64,000 nucleotides of DNA from Chiloscyllium plagiosum (Eukaryota). The notes beneath the pieces were generated by a model. That model saw only the letters and a program-made list of their open reading frames with translations. It searched no databases and was not told where the DNA came from. The stretch's first letter is position 1. Each line of letters opens with the position of its first letter. The position numbers were made by a program, and so were the translations under genes. Where the stretch lies: contig NC_057752.1 in assembly GCF_004010195.1 (NCBI RefSeq), forward strand, positions 13,999,727-14,063,726, given 5' to 3'. Of this stretch, positions 62,796 to 64,000 are shown piece after piece.

Positions 62796-63322
62796 CCAGC
62801 CATCTCCTGGAAACCTGGACAGGTTGGGCTGGGGGGGCCTGTGTCCGTGCTGTATGACTCTATTGCTTGTGTTTCATGTGGCTGAGCTGCATTATTATAC
62901 CAACTGAAGGCTGATTTAAAATGAAAAATGGAAATTACTACAATCTCAACTGTGATACAATGCTGTAAGGTCTGCTCTTCAAAATGCACCATTTCCAGCA
63001 AGACTAGAATAGCAGTTCATGCAACCAGCAACTGGAAAGGCATCAAAATCATTGCAAGTTACTCTGCAGCTTTACTTGTGTCAGCATCATCCATATTCTG
63101 CCAACATTTAGTCTCATTAAATCGCCACAAGATGTCAGTGCTGTAACACGAATGGATCATCGAGCTGAAACATTAAGTCTGCTTCTTTCTCTCCACACAT
63201 AATGCCTGACTTGTTCTTTCCTGCGCTTCCTGCTTTTATCACAGCAGTTACCTGCACAGATGAAGATGCACTGAGGGTAACTGTTTGACCCAGGCAAGGA
63301 TACGATTGACATGCAGCTCTTA

Positions 63323-63572
63323 TGGGCAGCACAGTGGTTAGCACTGCTCCTTCAGAGTGCCAGACACCTGGGTTCAATTCGTGCCTCGGGCAACTGTCTG
63401 TGTGGAGTTTGCATGTTATCTGTGTGGGTTTCCTCCCCCAGTCCAAAAATGTGCAGGTTAGGTGAATTGGCCATGCTAAAGTGCCTGTAGTGTTAGGGGA
63501 ATGGGTCTGGGCGGGTTGGTGTGGACTTGTTGGGCTGAAGGGCCTGTTTCCACACTGTAGGTAATCTAATCT
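63323..63572 (+). mobile_element. HE1/V-SINE
   Basis: Head, core and tail present. Confidence 0.88.
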
Positions 63573-63939
63573 TAGCAAGATGGAGCAATGATGTGTTGAC
63601 TATATCAATAAAGGCACAAAATATCAATAATGTGGCAACTGTGATGAGCTTCCTCACCTTTGATGAAATAAGTGAACATTGGAGAGCACAGAAAAAGTCT
63701 AATCAGGGACAAAGAGTTATTGGAATATGTATGAATGCTTATAGACAAATATTTTACATCAAACCCATGTTTGGACTGACTATTGTAGCACTTTCAAATC
63801 ACCACCGAAGCAAAGTGCCCAGGAGAAATGTACGTGAAAGAACTCCAGACCAGAATTCTGGAAAGCTTTTGAATTACACACTGAGGAGAATGTCCTGTCA
63901 ATAAGTTAGAAGTCTGAAAGAGGGCAGACTTATTTCTCA

Positions 63940-64000
63940 GGAGACAGTGAGGGCTGCAGATGCTGGAGATCAGAGTCGAGAGTGTGTTGCTGGAAAAGCA
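63940..64000. mobile_element. PLE terminal fragment cut by the window edge
   Basis: GAGACAGTGAGGGCTGCAGATGCTGGAGATC...GCTGGAAAAGCA, as at 34431. Confidence 0.7.

Overview
Repeat-dense, apparently intergenic or intronic vertebrate DNA with 10 N-gaps. The repeats point to a shark or other elasmobranch: HE1/V-type tRNA SINEs, DeuSINE/SacSINE1-like SINEs, CR1, L1, Tx1 and Rex1/Babar LINEs, and Penelope-like elements (PLEs). This taxon call is an inference. I recognise no host protein-coding exon, rRNA or true tRNA; every ORF I can recognise is a decayed transposon fragment or a low-complexity repeat. The most notable observations are: (1) several minimal hammerhead-ribozyme motifs in PLE ends, plus two tiny TSD-flanked palindromic PLE derivatives, one holding two inverted hammerheads; (2) an L1 with both ends and a TSD but lacking endonuclease and RT, with ORF1 joined to the ORF2 C-terminus; (3) an HE1 SINE expanded into a 53-bp satellite; (4) a ~2.5-kb codon-phased CAG-rich repeat that is open in three frames; (5) near-identical inverted and direct duplications, some probably assembly artefacts. 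I found no convincing novel multi-gene system. Family names come from motif recognition, not database searches, and many boundaries are approximate.
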